Shown here: piece after piece, positions 44,229 to 53,110 of the stretch
Layout: each line of letters begins with the position of its first letter
Position numbering within the stretch: position 1 is the stretch's first letter
Source of the DNA: an uncultured Leptospirales bacterium
Lineage (GTDB): Bacteria > Spirochaetota > UBA4802 > UBA5550
Assembly (NCBI GenBank): GCA_964534225.1
Contig: CAZHNW010000004.1
Span: 13,135 to 77,134, forward strand
Reading direction: 5' to 3'
DNA: 64,000 nucleotides
Notes under the pieces: generated by a model
Seen by the model: the letters and a program-made list of their open reading frames with translations, nothing else
The model's database searches: none
What the model was told of the DNA's origin: nothing
Program-made: the position numbers and the translations under genes

Positions 44229-45878
44229 ATGAAGTTCGAAGAATTAAATCTTGATGAAAAGTTATTAAAAGGAATAAAAGATACGGGTTTCGAAGAATGC
44301 ATGCCCGTACAGGAACTGACCTTTGCCGAAACATTCAAGGGACGGGATGTACTTGTTCAATCTCAGACCGGTTCAGGTAAAACGGCAGCATTCCTGATTA
44401 CTATATTTAAACTGTTTCTTGATGAAGACGACCCGAAATCGAAGCGGGCCCTTATTATTGTTCCCACCAGGGAGCTGGCGGTTCAGATTGAGAAAGAAGC
44501 TGAACTGCTGGGGCGCCATCTCGATTTTTCTATCGGCAGTTTTTATGGCGGTGTGGGTTACACCACGCAGGAAAGAAAACTGCGAGAAGGGGTGAATATC
44601 ATTGTTGGTACCCCGGGCCGTCTTATTGATTTTGGCGAGATGGGTAAGCTGAAGTTCAAGGAAATAGATATGCTCATTATTGATGAGGCGGACCGTCTCT
44701 TCGATATGGGGTTTTATCCTGATATTCGCAGAATGCTGCGTAAAATGGGGCCCCTGGAAAATCGTAAAACCATGCTCTTCTCGGCAACGCTGAGTAACAG
44801 GGTGCGCAATCTTTCCTGGGAGCATATGAAAGATCCCGCTGAAGTCACGATTAATCCTGAAGAAGTGACGGTAGAAAAGATTACACAGGAACTCTACCAC
44901 GTCGGCCGCCATGAAAAGATGAAATTACTTCTGGGAATACTAAAAAAGGAAAATCCTGAAAATGTTCTCATCTTTACCAATACGAAACAGGCCGCCTACG
45001 AGGTGGCAATGCGCCTCAACCACAATGGGATGAAGGCACAGTATATCATTGGTGATCTTCCACAGTCGAAGCGTTTGAGAATTATTGATGACATGAAAGA
45101 GGGAAACATACCCATCCTGGTGGCAACCGATGTTGCCGCGCGTGGGCTTCATGTCGATGACCTTGACCTTGTCATTAATTATGACATTCCCGAGGACTGC
45201 GAAAATTATGTTCACCGCGTGGGGCGCACAGCCCGCGCCGGAAAAACAGGCAAGGCTATAAGCCTTTCCTGTGAGCGCTATGTTTACGGACTTGATGCCA
45301 TTGAATCATTTACCGGCATCAAGATACCCGTCAGCTGGGCCGATGATGAAGACTATCTCGAAGATGCGAGTGCGGGGAAGTATTTTGACCTTCAGAAGGA
45401 ACGGAACAAAGGCCGCGAGAGGGACAGGGGCCGTGACGGACGCCAGGGACAGAAGAAGCCTAACCGGGATAAGACCAGACAGTCAGGCCAGCGTCAGAAA
45501 ACTGAAAGAAAACGCCAGCCTGGCAGTGTCATTGAAGGTGGTGTTCAAAAGAGCACCGAAGGTGCAAGGACTCCATCTCCCCGAAAAGGGATTGATCAGA
45601 GACGAAAAAATAAGAGTGCACCTCAGAAGGGAGCGCCTCAAAAGAGTGCAGCGGCACAGAAGGGGAACCGGCAGCCGCAGAAAAAAGAGGCCAGGAATAA
45701 GCAGAATGTCAGGGCAAATCCCCGCGGCAACATGGAGGAACGCCTCGCCTATTACAGCCAGAAATACGGCGAAGATTTCAAGGTCGAAGGCGGGCCTTCT
45801 GTTTCAGAAAAGAAAAAGAATGCAGCGCACAAAAAGAGATTCTCCGACAGAATCAAGGGAATTTTTTCGCGTAAATAG
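44229..45878 (+). CDS. DEAD-box ATP-dependent RNA helicase with a long basic C-terminal tail
   Basis: Q-motif, Walker A SQTGSGKTAAF, DEAD box (IIDEADRLFDMGF), SAT, HRVGRTARAG. The C-terminal 170 aa are Arg/Lys/Gln-rich. Confidence 0.85.
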   Translation: MKFEELNLDEKLLKGIKDTGFEECMPVQELTFAETFKGRDVLVQSQTGSGKTAAFLITIFKLFLDEDDPKSKRALIIVPTRELAVQIEKEAELLGRHLDFSIGSFYGGVGYTTQERKLREGVNIIVGTPGRLIDFGEMGKLKFKEIDMLIIDEADRLFDMGFYPDIRRMLRKMGPLENRKTMLFSATLSNRVRNLSWEHMKDPAEVTINPEEVTVEKITQELYHVGRHEKMKLLLGILKKENPENVLIFTNTKQAAYEVAMRLNHNGMKAQYIIGDLPQSKRLRIIDDMKEGNIPILVATDVAARGLHVDDLDLVINYDIPEDCENYVHRVGRTARAGKTGKAISLSCERYVYGLDAIESFTGIKIPVSWADDEDYLEDASAGKYFDLQKERNKGRERDRGRDGRQGQKKPNRDKTRQSGQRQKTERKRQPGSVIEGGVQKSTEGARTPSPRKGIDQRRKNKSAPQKGAPQKSAAAQKGNRQPQKKEARNKQNVRANPRGNMEERLAYYSQKYGEDFKVEGGPSVSEKKKNAAHKKRFSDRIKGIFSRK

Positions 45879-45890
45879 CAGGCCCTGTCA

Positions 45891-46508
45891 ATGACCCTTG
45901 CCGCCTTTCTTTTCAGTACCGCCGCCATTTCCTTTTCAGGGGTGATGGCGCCGGGTCCCATCACGGCCCTGACCCTTGGCGAAGGGAACCGTTCCCCATG
46001 GGCGGGAAGTTACGTTGCCCTGGGGCATGGTATCGTCGAGATTCCCCTCATGGCGGCAGTGGCAGGGGGCCTCGGTTTTTTCATCAACTCGTCATTTTTC
46101 AAGCCCCTGATTTTTATCCTCGGGGGCATTATCATGATCCATATGGCCCTGGGCATGCTGCGTGACGCCCGCATTGAAAAAGCAGAAGAACCCCTCAGGG
46201 AAGGGCGCCCCCTGCGCGGAGGCATTCTTCTCAGTCTCAGTAATCCATATTTTCTTGTATGGTGGGCAACCGTGGGTGCCTCCATGTTGATTAAGGCAGA
46301 GTCCTTCGGTATTAAGGGGATTGTTCTCTTCGGGGGCATTCACTGGCTCTGTGACCTTGTATGGCTCACGGCCCTGAGCTGGATATCCTCACGGGGAAAA
46401 CACTTTTTCGGTGGCCGTTTTCAACAGGTACTTCTCGGCTTCTGCGGGATTTTTCTTTTTGCCTTTGGTCTCTTTTTTGTCGTTTCAGGTGCGGGGAAGT
46501 TTATCTGA
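45891..46508 (+). CDS. LysE/RhtB-family amino-acid exporter
   Basis: Six TM helices. N-terminal …GVMAPGPITALTLGEG… matches the LysE-type pattern. Confidence 0.7.
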   Translation: MTLAAFLFSTAAISFSGVMAPGPITALTLGEGNRSPWAGSYVALGHGIVEIPLMAAVAGGLGFFINSSFFKPLIFILGGIIMIHMALGMLRDARIEKAEEPLREGRPLRGGILLSLSNPYFLVWWATVGASMLIKAESFGIKGIVLFGGIHWLCDLVWLTALSWISSRGKHFFGGRFQQVLLGFCGIFLFAFGLFFVVSGAGKFI

Positions 46509-46590
46509 TATAATGGTTTGATTTTTTCAGAATCTTTACCCTGTAGTGGAAATCTGCTAAAATGTATTTGAAAATATTCTATCAGGGGCT

Positions 46591-47172
46591 ATGATGGCTG
46601 TCAGTATGAAAATTAAAATGAAAAAAACAGCAGTTCTGCTTCTCCTTCTGGCCCTGTCACGGCCCGCTTTCGCTGATGCATCGGGAGAGGCTGACAAGGG
46701 CCCGGTAACCCTGCAGGAAATTGCCGGTTCTATTGATGCCTGGCGGGGCAGGACCGTAACCATGTCACTGCGCCTGAAGCACTATGACAGGATTTTTGAA
46801 AAGGTCATCTTTTATGACGGGAACAACCATGACATCGAGTTTTCCATTGAAAAGAAGAAGTTGACCCCTGAATTGAAAAAGAACCTGGTGAACCTTCACG
46901 AAGGGCTGACCTATCGTGTCCGCTTTCGTGTTGTTACCGTGGGGGCTCTGGGGCTGGTAACGGGTGAGCTTGTTTCTTTTACACCGCTTGTTCTGGATAA
47001 GATTCCCGTGGGTCTCATTAATAAACGAAGGCAGAATAGCTGGGCGGCTATTCTGCCTTCAGTGAACGCAGTGCCAAGCAATGAATATGATAGTATCGGG
47101 AGGGAAACATCATATTACCACTTGTATGTTCAAGATCGGACCTCTATAGTGAATACTTTAATTAATTTTTAG
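46591..47172 (+). CDS. Hypothetical secreted protein
   Basis: Signal peptide MKIKMKKTAVLLLLLALSRPAFADA. No motifs recognised. Confidence 0.45.
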   Translation: MMAVSMKIKMKKTAVLLLLLALSRPAFADASGEADKGPVTLQEIAGSIDAWRGRTVTMSLRLKHYDRIFEKVIFYDGNNHDIEFSIEKKKLTPELKKNLVNLHEGLTYRVRFRVVTVGALGLVTGELVSFTPLVLDKIPVGLINKRRQNSWAAILPSVNAVPSNEYDSIGRETSYYHLYVQDRTSIVNTLINF

Positions 47173-47201
47173 ATTTTTTTATTTTTTTTCAGGAAGGTTT
47201 A

Positions 47202-48122
47202 ATGCCACAGGGGCGTATCATCAAGGTTTTCGGGCGCTATTACACCATCAGGTCAGGCGGTGAAAGGGTCAATGCTGTTCTCAGGGGGCGCCTGAAGAAA
47301 GATGAGCGGCTGAGGCGTTTTTCTGAGCCCGCCGCCGTGGGGGACATGGTGGAGTTTGCCTTCAATGATGACGGTTCAGGCGTTATCGAAGAGGTCCTCC
47401 CGCGCCGGAGTGTTTTTTCGCGCAAAGACCGTGGCCACAAGAAAGAAGACCTCATTGCCGCCAACATCGATCAGATACTGGTTATCCAGGCCTTTTATGA
47501 CCCGCCTTTGAATCTCCGGTTTGTAGACCGCATCATGGTGCGGGGAGAAAAAGAGGGCCTGCCCGTTATTCTCTGTGTCAACAAGTGTGACCTTGCAGAG
47601 GAGAGAGACGAACAGTCTATCGAAGATTACTATCGCGACGCGGGTGTTCATATTATCATTGCCAGTGCCCATGAGGGGAGAGGCCTCGAGGAATTTAAAA
47701 AAGCGGTATCGGGGAAGTGTTCTATCCTTGTAGGCTATTCAGGTGTGGGGAAGTCATCACTTCTCAACAGTATATATGCCGGCCTGGCGCTGCGCACCAG
47801 TGAGGTCTCTGAATCGACCGGAAAAGGGCGTCATACCACAACCAACGTGGAGATGGTTGAACTCGATGAGGAGACGACACTCATCGACACCCCCGGCGTC
47901 AGGGAATTCGGCCTCATGGACATCGAACCCGAGGAACTTGGGAACTATTTTCACGAATTCCGGGAACTGGAGGCGTGCCGTTTTTCGCCCTGCAGTCATG
48001 ATCATGAGCCGGGGTGCCGTGTCAAGGAACTCGTCGAAGAAGGAAGGATCAGCGAGGAACGATACATTTCTTATTTGAATATTCTTGCCTCCCTGAGGGA
48101 GTACTATGCCAGCATGTACTGA
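47202..48122 (+). CDS. rsgA: Ribosome small-subunit-dependent GTPase A
   Basis: Circularly permuted GTPase motifs (VNKCDL, GYSGVGKSSLLN, DTPGVREFGL) and the C-terminal Zn knuckle CRFSPCSHDHEPGC. Confidence 0.85.
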   Translation: MPQGRIIKVFGRYYTIRSGGERVNAVLRGRLKKDERLRRFSEPAAVGDMVEFAFNDDGSGVIEEVLPRRSVFSRKDRGHKKEDLIAANIDQILVIQAFYDPPLNLRFVDRIMVRGEKEGLPVILCVNKCDLAEERDEQSIEDYYRDAGVHIIIASAHEGRGLEEFKKAVSGKCSILVGYSGVGKSSLLNSIYAGLALRTSEVSESTGKGRHTTTNVEMVELDEETTLIDTPGVREFGLMDIEPEELGNYFHEFRELEACRFSPCSHDHEPGCRVKELVEEGRISEERYISYLNILASLREYYASMY

Positions 48123-48133
48123 GGTCAAAACCT

Positions 48134-48892
48134 GTGATTAAGCTTGAAGATATTATAATCGCTTTCGGTAGAAAGGTCGTACTCGACGGGATCAGTCTGG
48201 CTGTTCCCGAAGGGAACACCATGGTGGTCCTTGGTAAAAACGGCGCGGGAAAATCTGTACTTCTCAAGGCCGTGGCGGGGCTGGTCGACCTCTACGGTGG
48301 CAGCATTGATATCAACGGCAGTCCCCTTGCAGAATTTTACAGCCAGCGGGAGAGTCATCACCAGGAGAGTATCGATGATTTCAGGGTCGCCTATGTCTTT
48401 CAGAAGGGGGGGCTCTTTGACTCAATGAATGTTTTTGATAATGTTGCCTTCGGCCTGCGAAGAATGGGGGTTGATGAGGGGGAAGTTGAAGAACTTGTTG
48501 TTTCCGCCATTGCCCGCGTGGGATTGACGGGAAGTGAAAAAAAACTTCCCTCTGAACTCTCCGGGGGAATGCAGAAAAGGGTGGGCCTGGCACGGGCCAC
48601 CTGTATGAATCCCAATATTATTCTCTACGATGATCCCACGGCGGGTCTTGATCCGATACTTTCTGATTCTATCGCAGACCTGATACTGGAGATCCGGGAC
48701 AGCATGAAGACAACCTCCATGGTGGTGACCCATGATCTGAAGGTGGCCCGCAAGGTGGCTGATTCCATGACCCTTCTCTACGGCGGCAGGGTGGTCTTTC
48801 AAGGCACCGGTGACGAGTTTTTCGCCATGGATGATGCCTATACGTCGCAGTTTGTTGAAGGGGATATCGAAGGTCCCATAGATATTTTTTAA
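48134..48892 (+). CDS. ABC transporter ATP-binding protein (MlaF-like; GTG start)
   Basis: Walker A GKNGAGKS, signature LSGGMQKRVGLARA, Walker B ILYDDPTAGLD. No permease gene is adjacent. Confidence 0.75.
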   Translation: MIKLEDIIIAFGRKVVLDGISLAVPEGNTMVVLGKNGAGKSVLLKAVAGLVDLYGGSIDINGSPLAEFYSQRESHHQESIDDFRVAYVFQKGGLFDSMNVFDNVAFGLRRMGVDEGEVEELVVSAIARVGLTGSEKKLPSELSGGMQKRVGLARATCMNPNIILYDDPTAGLDPILSDSIADLILEIRDSMKTTSMVVTHDLKVARKVADSMTLLYGGRVVFQGTGDEFFAMDDAYTSQFVEGDIEGPIDIF

Positions 48893-48942
48893 TATAACGA
48901 TGCCATGATTGTAAAACAATCATGGCATCGTTATATTAAAAG
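48893..48942. terminator. Bidirectional terminator (perfect 23-bp-arm palindrome taatataacgatgccatgattgt aaaa caatcatggcatcgttatatta)
   Basis: Seen directly in the sequence. Confidence 0.75.
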
Positions 48943-49008
48943 GCTATGAATTATACATCCCCGCCACCGAAGGCGGCGGGGATAATAAAACATTCGAGGG
49001 GTGATTCA

Positions 49009-49347
49009 ATGAAAAAGTTTCTTTTTGTTGTTCTTGCTTTTGCTGTTCTGGCAGGGGGATGTGCCCGCAATACCGGGGGGCCCCTGGTGTACAAAAAATT
49101 CAAGGATGACCATACCCTTCTTATCGCCTGCCGCGGCAATGTAAAAGAAGGGACCATCGGTGTCGCCCGCTTTGAATCTGCCAAAAGGGCCGCCCTGATG
49201 AATATTTATTATTTTATCCGTAAGGATTTTGGTGACAGCATTGATCCCCGCCGTGACGGGTCAGTGAAGGGTGTTGAATTCAGTGGAGACGCGGCAGTTG
49301 TACATTATGTAATAAAAAAGAAAAATATCAGGAGCCGGGAGAAATAA
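49009..49347 (+). CDS. Small lipoprotein (112 aa)
   Basis: Internal ATG with RBS (cgagggg). Lipobox VLAGGC. Confidence 0.5.
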   Translation: MKKFLFVVLAFAVLAGGCARNTGGPLVYKKFKDDHTLLIACRGNVKEGTIGVARFESAKRAALMNIYYFIRKDFGDSIDPRRDGSVKGVEFSGDAAVVHYVIKKKNIRSREK

Positions 49348-49373
49348 CCCTGCGGCCATGCGACCGGTAGCCC

Positions 49374-50681
49374 ATGCCAGATTATAATAAAATCATACTC
49401 GACAGTATCGCCGACGGTCTCTTTACCGTTGATCTCGATTTCCGTGTCACCTTTATTAACCGCGCGGCGCGGCGTATCCTGGGACTTTCCGAGGGGGAGG
49501 GTATCGGTGAGTTCTGCAGCGATGTCTTTCACGCTGACGTGTGTCAGCACTCATGTGTTCTCCGTGAGACCATCAGCAGCGGTGAGAATATCGTCAACCG
49601 TGCCGTTACAGTGGTGACCCCTGACGGTGACCGGATTCCCATAAGTGTCAGTACCGCTCTCCTGAAAGATGATGAGGGAAATATTATCGGCGGAGTGGAA
49701 TCATTCAGGGATCTTTCTGATATCGAGGAGCTGCGCAAGACCCTCGAAAAATCATACCGTTTCGAAGAGATGGTAAGCAAGAACCACCGAATGCGTGAAA
49801 TCTTTGATATACTTCCTGATATTGCCGAGAGTGACAGTTCTGTGCTCATTGACGGGCCCAGCGGTACTGGCAAGGAACTCATTGCCCGGGCTATTCATAA
49901 CCTGAGCCCCCGCAGGGAGGAGCCCCTGGTGGTGGTTAACTGCGGTGCCCTGCCTGAAAACCTGATCGAATCAGAACTCTTCGGTTACATGGCCGGGGCT
50001 TTTACAGACGCCAAAAAGAACAAGCCCGGCAAGATATATCTCGCCGAAGGGGGCACCCTCTTCCTCGACGAGGTAGGGGAACTCACACCTGCCGTGCAGG
50101 TGAAAATTCTCCGTTTTCTCCAGGAAAAGGTTTATGAACCACTGGGCGGTGTTGAATCGAAACAGGCTGACGTGCGCATCCTGGCGGCAACGAACCGTGA
50201 TCTTTCCGCCGCCATACGGGAGGGTTTCTTCAGGGAAGACCTTTACTACCGGCTGAATATTATTAACGTGTCACTTCCCCCCCTGAAAGAGAGGCGCGAG
50301 GATATCCCCCTGCTGTTGCGGCACTTTATTCACCATTTCAATATCATACGAAAAAAGAAGATTCAGGGTGTCAGTGATGATGTGATGAACATTCTTCTTG
50401 CCCATGACTACCCCGGGAACATACGGGAGCTTGAAAATATTGTGGAGCATGCCTTTGTTCTCTGTAAGGAGTTCAATATCCAGGTTGCTCACCTTCCCCG
50501 GAACCTGCAGCCTGCCGATGATTATTCCGCGGAGCACCTCACCCTCGAGGACATGGAAAAAGTACATATCATGCGCACCCTTGACCGTAATGACTGGAAC
50601 AGGAAAAAGTCCGCAGATGAACTCGGTATCGATGCTTCCACCCTCTGGCGCAAGATAAGGCGTTACAATCTTGACGATTAA
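49374..50681 (+). CDS. PAS-domain sigma54-dependent transcriptional activator (bEBP, no receiver domain) with a C-terminal Fis-type HTH
   Basis: Walker A GPSGTGKE, variant GAFTDA loop, ESELFGY, arginine-finger region. C-terminal LGIDASTLWRKIRRY. Confidence 0.85.
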   Translation: MPDYNKIILDSIADGLFTVDLDFRVTFINRAARRILGLSEGEGIGEFCSDVFHADVCQHSCVLRETISSGENIVNRAVTVVTPDGDRIPISVSTALLKDDEGNIIGGVESFRDLSDIEELRKTLEKSYRFEEMVSKNHRMREIFDILPDIAESDSSVLIDGPSGTGKELIARAIHNLSPRREEPLVVVNCGALPENLIESELFGYMAGAFTDAKKNKPGKIYLAEGGTLFLDEVGELTPAVQVKILRFLQEKVYEPLGGVESKQADVRILAATNRDLSAAIREGFFREDLYYRLNIINVSLPPLKERREDIPLLLRHFIHHFNIIRKKKIQGVSDDVMNILLAHDYPGNIRELENIVEHAFVLCKEFNIQVAHLPRNLQPADDYSAEHLTLEDMEKVHIMRTLDRNDWNRKKSADELGIDASTLWRKIRRYNLDD

Positions 50682-50846
50682 TTCAGACAACGCACGAAAA
50701 GGGGTTGTAGATTTTCCCTGTCCTTTTTAGATAGTCACAGATTTCATTCATTCCCGCAGTGCCGGGAGATGTGAAACCGAAAAACCTGGGGTTTTCCCGG
50801 CGAATGTCCGGGGGCCATCGAAAAAGACATTAAGCAGGAGTGATTA

Positions 50847-51845
50847 ATGACAGTAGCAATAAATGAAAACGGCCGTCTCGATGTGGTAGGTATCGGTTCG
50901 GCCCTTCTTGATCTGATTGTTGAGGTGGATGACGCCTTTCTCAAAGATCTTGGCCTTACAAAGGGGCAGATGCACCTTGTAGACGCAGACAGGAGCCGTG
51001 AGATACAGAGGCGTATCGCGGCGATGAATATAGAAATGGCCCCGGGGGGGAGTGCTGCCAATACCCTGGCCGGCCTGGTTACCTTTGGCGGTTCTTCACT
51101 GCTCCTGGGATGTGTAGGTGACGATGAACATGGCGCCACCTACGTGGAAGAAACAGAGAAGCAGGGGGTGGAAACATCACTGGGAAGAAAATCTACCATG
51201 ACGGGCCATGCCATAACCTTTATTACACCTGACTCAGAACGCACCTTTGCCACTCACCTCGGGGCTGCTCTTGCATTCAGTGACATGGATGTTGCCGCGG
51301 AGGATATCTGCATGGGCAAGGTACTGCACCTGGAGGGGTACCTTTTCGAACCTGACAACCTTCACTTTGCCTGTACCAGGGCCATGAAGATTGCCCGTGA
51401 TAATGACCTTGCCATTTCTCTTGACCTCTCCGATGCGGGCCTTATCGGCAGGATCCATGACCGTTTTCATGCTGTTCTCGAGGAATATGTTTCTATAATT
51501 TTTGTCAACGAGGATGAGGCATCCGCCTATACCGGTAAAGAACCAGAAGAGGCCCTTCTCGAGCTGGGTGAAATCTGTGAGTGTGCCGTGGTCAAGCTCG
51601 GCGAAAAGGGGAGCCTCATCCGTTTCGGCGGCAGGACCTATTCAATCCAGGCGGAGGAGGCAAAAGTGGTTAATACCAATGGAGCCGGTGACATGTTTGC
51701 CGCCGGTATTCTCTACGGAATTACTCACGGGTACTCAATGGAAGAGGCAGGGCGCCTTGCAAGCTATGCCGCTGCGAAAGTAGTCTCCCAGGTGCAGGCA
51801 CGTCTTTCCGATGAGATTGATCCTGATGAAATTCTGGATATGTAA
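50847..51845 (+). CDS. PfkB-family carbohydrate/nucleoside kinase (adenosine-kinase-like)
   Basis: N-terminal GG dipeptide region. C-terminal NTNGAGDMFAAGILYG (DTxGAGD-type motif). Confidence 0.8.
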   Translation: MTVAINENGRLDVVGIGSALLDLIVEVDDAFLKDLGLTKGQMHLVDADRSREIQRRIAAMNIEMAPGGSAANTLAGLVTFGGSSLLLGCVGDDEHGATYVEETEKQGVETSLGRKSTMTGHAITFITPDSERTFATHLGAALAFSDMDVAAEDICMGKVLHLEGYLFEPDNLHFACTRAMKIARDNDLAISLDLSDAGLIGRIHDRFHAVLEEYVSIIFVNEDEASAYTGKEPEEALLELGEICECAVVKLGEKGSLIRFGGRTYSIQAEEAKVVNTNGAGDMFAAGILYGITHGYSMEEAGRLASYAAAKVVSQVQARLSDEIDPDEILDM

Positions 51846-52074
51846 GATTTAATTATTTTTTTAAGTGCACTTTGCACGTTTGGCATGATATTTACGTTGC
51901 AAAATGCAATTTTTCCCTGCTGTAACAGCAGGCCCTGCCATAAAAACATCTCTCCTGAGGGTGAAATTCTACGAATAAACCTTCGGGGGAGGATAAATTT
52001 CCTCCTGTTTTCCTTTTAAACCATTTTTTTTCCATATCGAAACAAATGGCACGAAAAATGCTTTTATATAAGGT

Positions 52075-52857
52075 ATGAATGGAAAAGTACTGATTCCCCT
52101 GTGCAGGGGACGCGTTGCTCCCCTTTTTGACACCGCCACTGATGTAGCGCTTTATAGTGTACATGATGGTAAGATTTCCCATGAGGAGGAGAGGGAAGTC
52201 AACAACCCGTCACCTGCGGCATGGTGTCTCTGGCTTGAGGAAAGGGGAGTTACCCACGTTATATGCAGCGCCATCAGCAGGCCCTTCAGTTCTCGTATCC
52301 ATGAAAAGGGTATCGAACTGATCCCTGGAATAAGGGGAGAATGCGGGGAAGTTATCAGGGCCTGGCTCCGGAATGACCTGACAGTTCAGGGTTACCTGAT
52401 GCCGGGATGCCGCTGGCGCAGACATTTCAGGGACGGAACGTGCCCCAGGTACCGGGAAATCCTTTCGATTTATGAAAAAAACCAGGAGGTTGATCCAATG
52501 AAAATAGCCATATCAACAGAAGGTAATGAACTCAGTTCCCCCGTTGATGCCCGTTTTGGCAGGGCACGGGGATTCATCATCTATGATATCGAAACAGGTG
52601 ATTTTGTTTACAAGGAAAATTCACAGAACCTGAACGCTCCCCAGGGAGCGGGCATCCAGTCTGCCAAGAATGTGATCGATGCCGGTGCCGGTGCCCTTAT
52701 CAGCGGCCATGTGGGGCCCAAGGCTTTTACCACCCTTAATTCAGCCGGGGTAAAGATTTATACCGGTATTTCAGGAACTGTCGCGGATGTAATAGAAAAA
52801 TATAAATCCGGTGACCTCTCCGCCGCGGCGGGGGCAGATGTCGAGGGTCACTGGTAG
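52075..52857 (+). CDS. Tandem dinitrogenase FeMo-cofactor-binding (NifX/NafY/NifB-C-like, PF02579-type) domain protein
   Basis: The second domain, MKIAISTEGNELSSPVDARFGRARGFIIYDIETG…GAGALISGHVGPKAFTTLNSAGVKIY, is a canonical NifX-like fold. The first half is a more divergent copy. Confidence 0.7.
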   Translation: MNGKVLIPLCRGRVAPLFDTATDVALYSVHDGKISHEEEREVNNPSPAAWCLWLEERGVTHVICSAISRPFSSRIHEKGIELIPGIRGECGEVIRAWLRNDLTVQGYLMPGCRWRRHFRDGTCPRYREILSIYEKNQEVDPMKIAISTEGNELSSPVDARFGRARGFIIYDIETGDFVYKENSQNLNAPQGAGIQSAKNVIDAGAGALISGHVGPKAFTTLNSAGVKIYTGISGTVADVIEKYKSGDLSAAAGADVEGHW

Positions 52858-52867
52858 GAGAAAAGAG

Positions 52868-53110
52868 ATGCCAGGTGGATATAGAAAAGGACCGGAAGGA
52901 AAAGGACCCGCAACCGGAAGGGGACTGGGCCGCTCTTCAGGCTCAGACCGTCCGGGACGGGAAAGCGAAGAAGCCCCCCGCCGCGGACTTCGCGACGGCA
53001 GCGGCAAGGGCCGTGGTAAAGGCCGGGGACAGGGTAATAAAAAAGGTACCGGACGCCTGAAGGGATTTTTCCGTGGTGACGGTTCAGGCCGCGGGGGAGA
53101 TGATTCATGA
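52868..53110 (+). CDS. Small Gly/Arg-rich intrinsically disordered protein (80 aa, DUF5320-like as I recall that family)
   Basis: RBS aggag 8 nt upstream of ATG (MPGGYRKGPEGKGPATGRGLGR…). Its TGA stop overlaps the ATG of the next gene (ATGA). Confidence 0.5.
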   Translation: MPGGYRKGPEGKGPATGRGLGRSSGSDRPGRESEEAPRRGLRDGSGKGRGKGRGQGNKKGTGRLKGFFRGDGSGRGGDDS

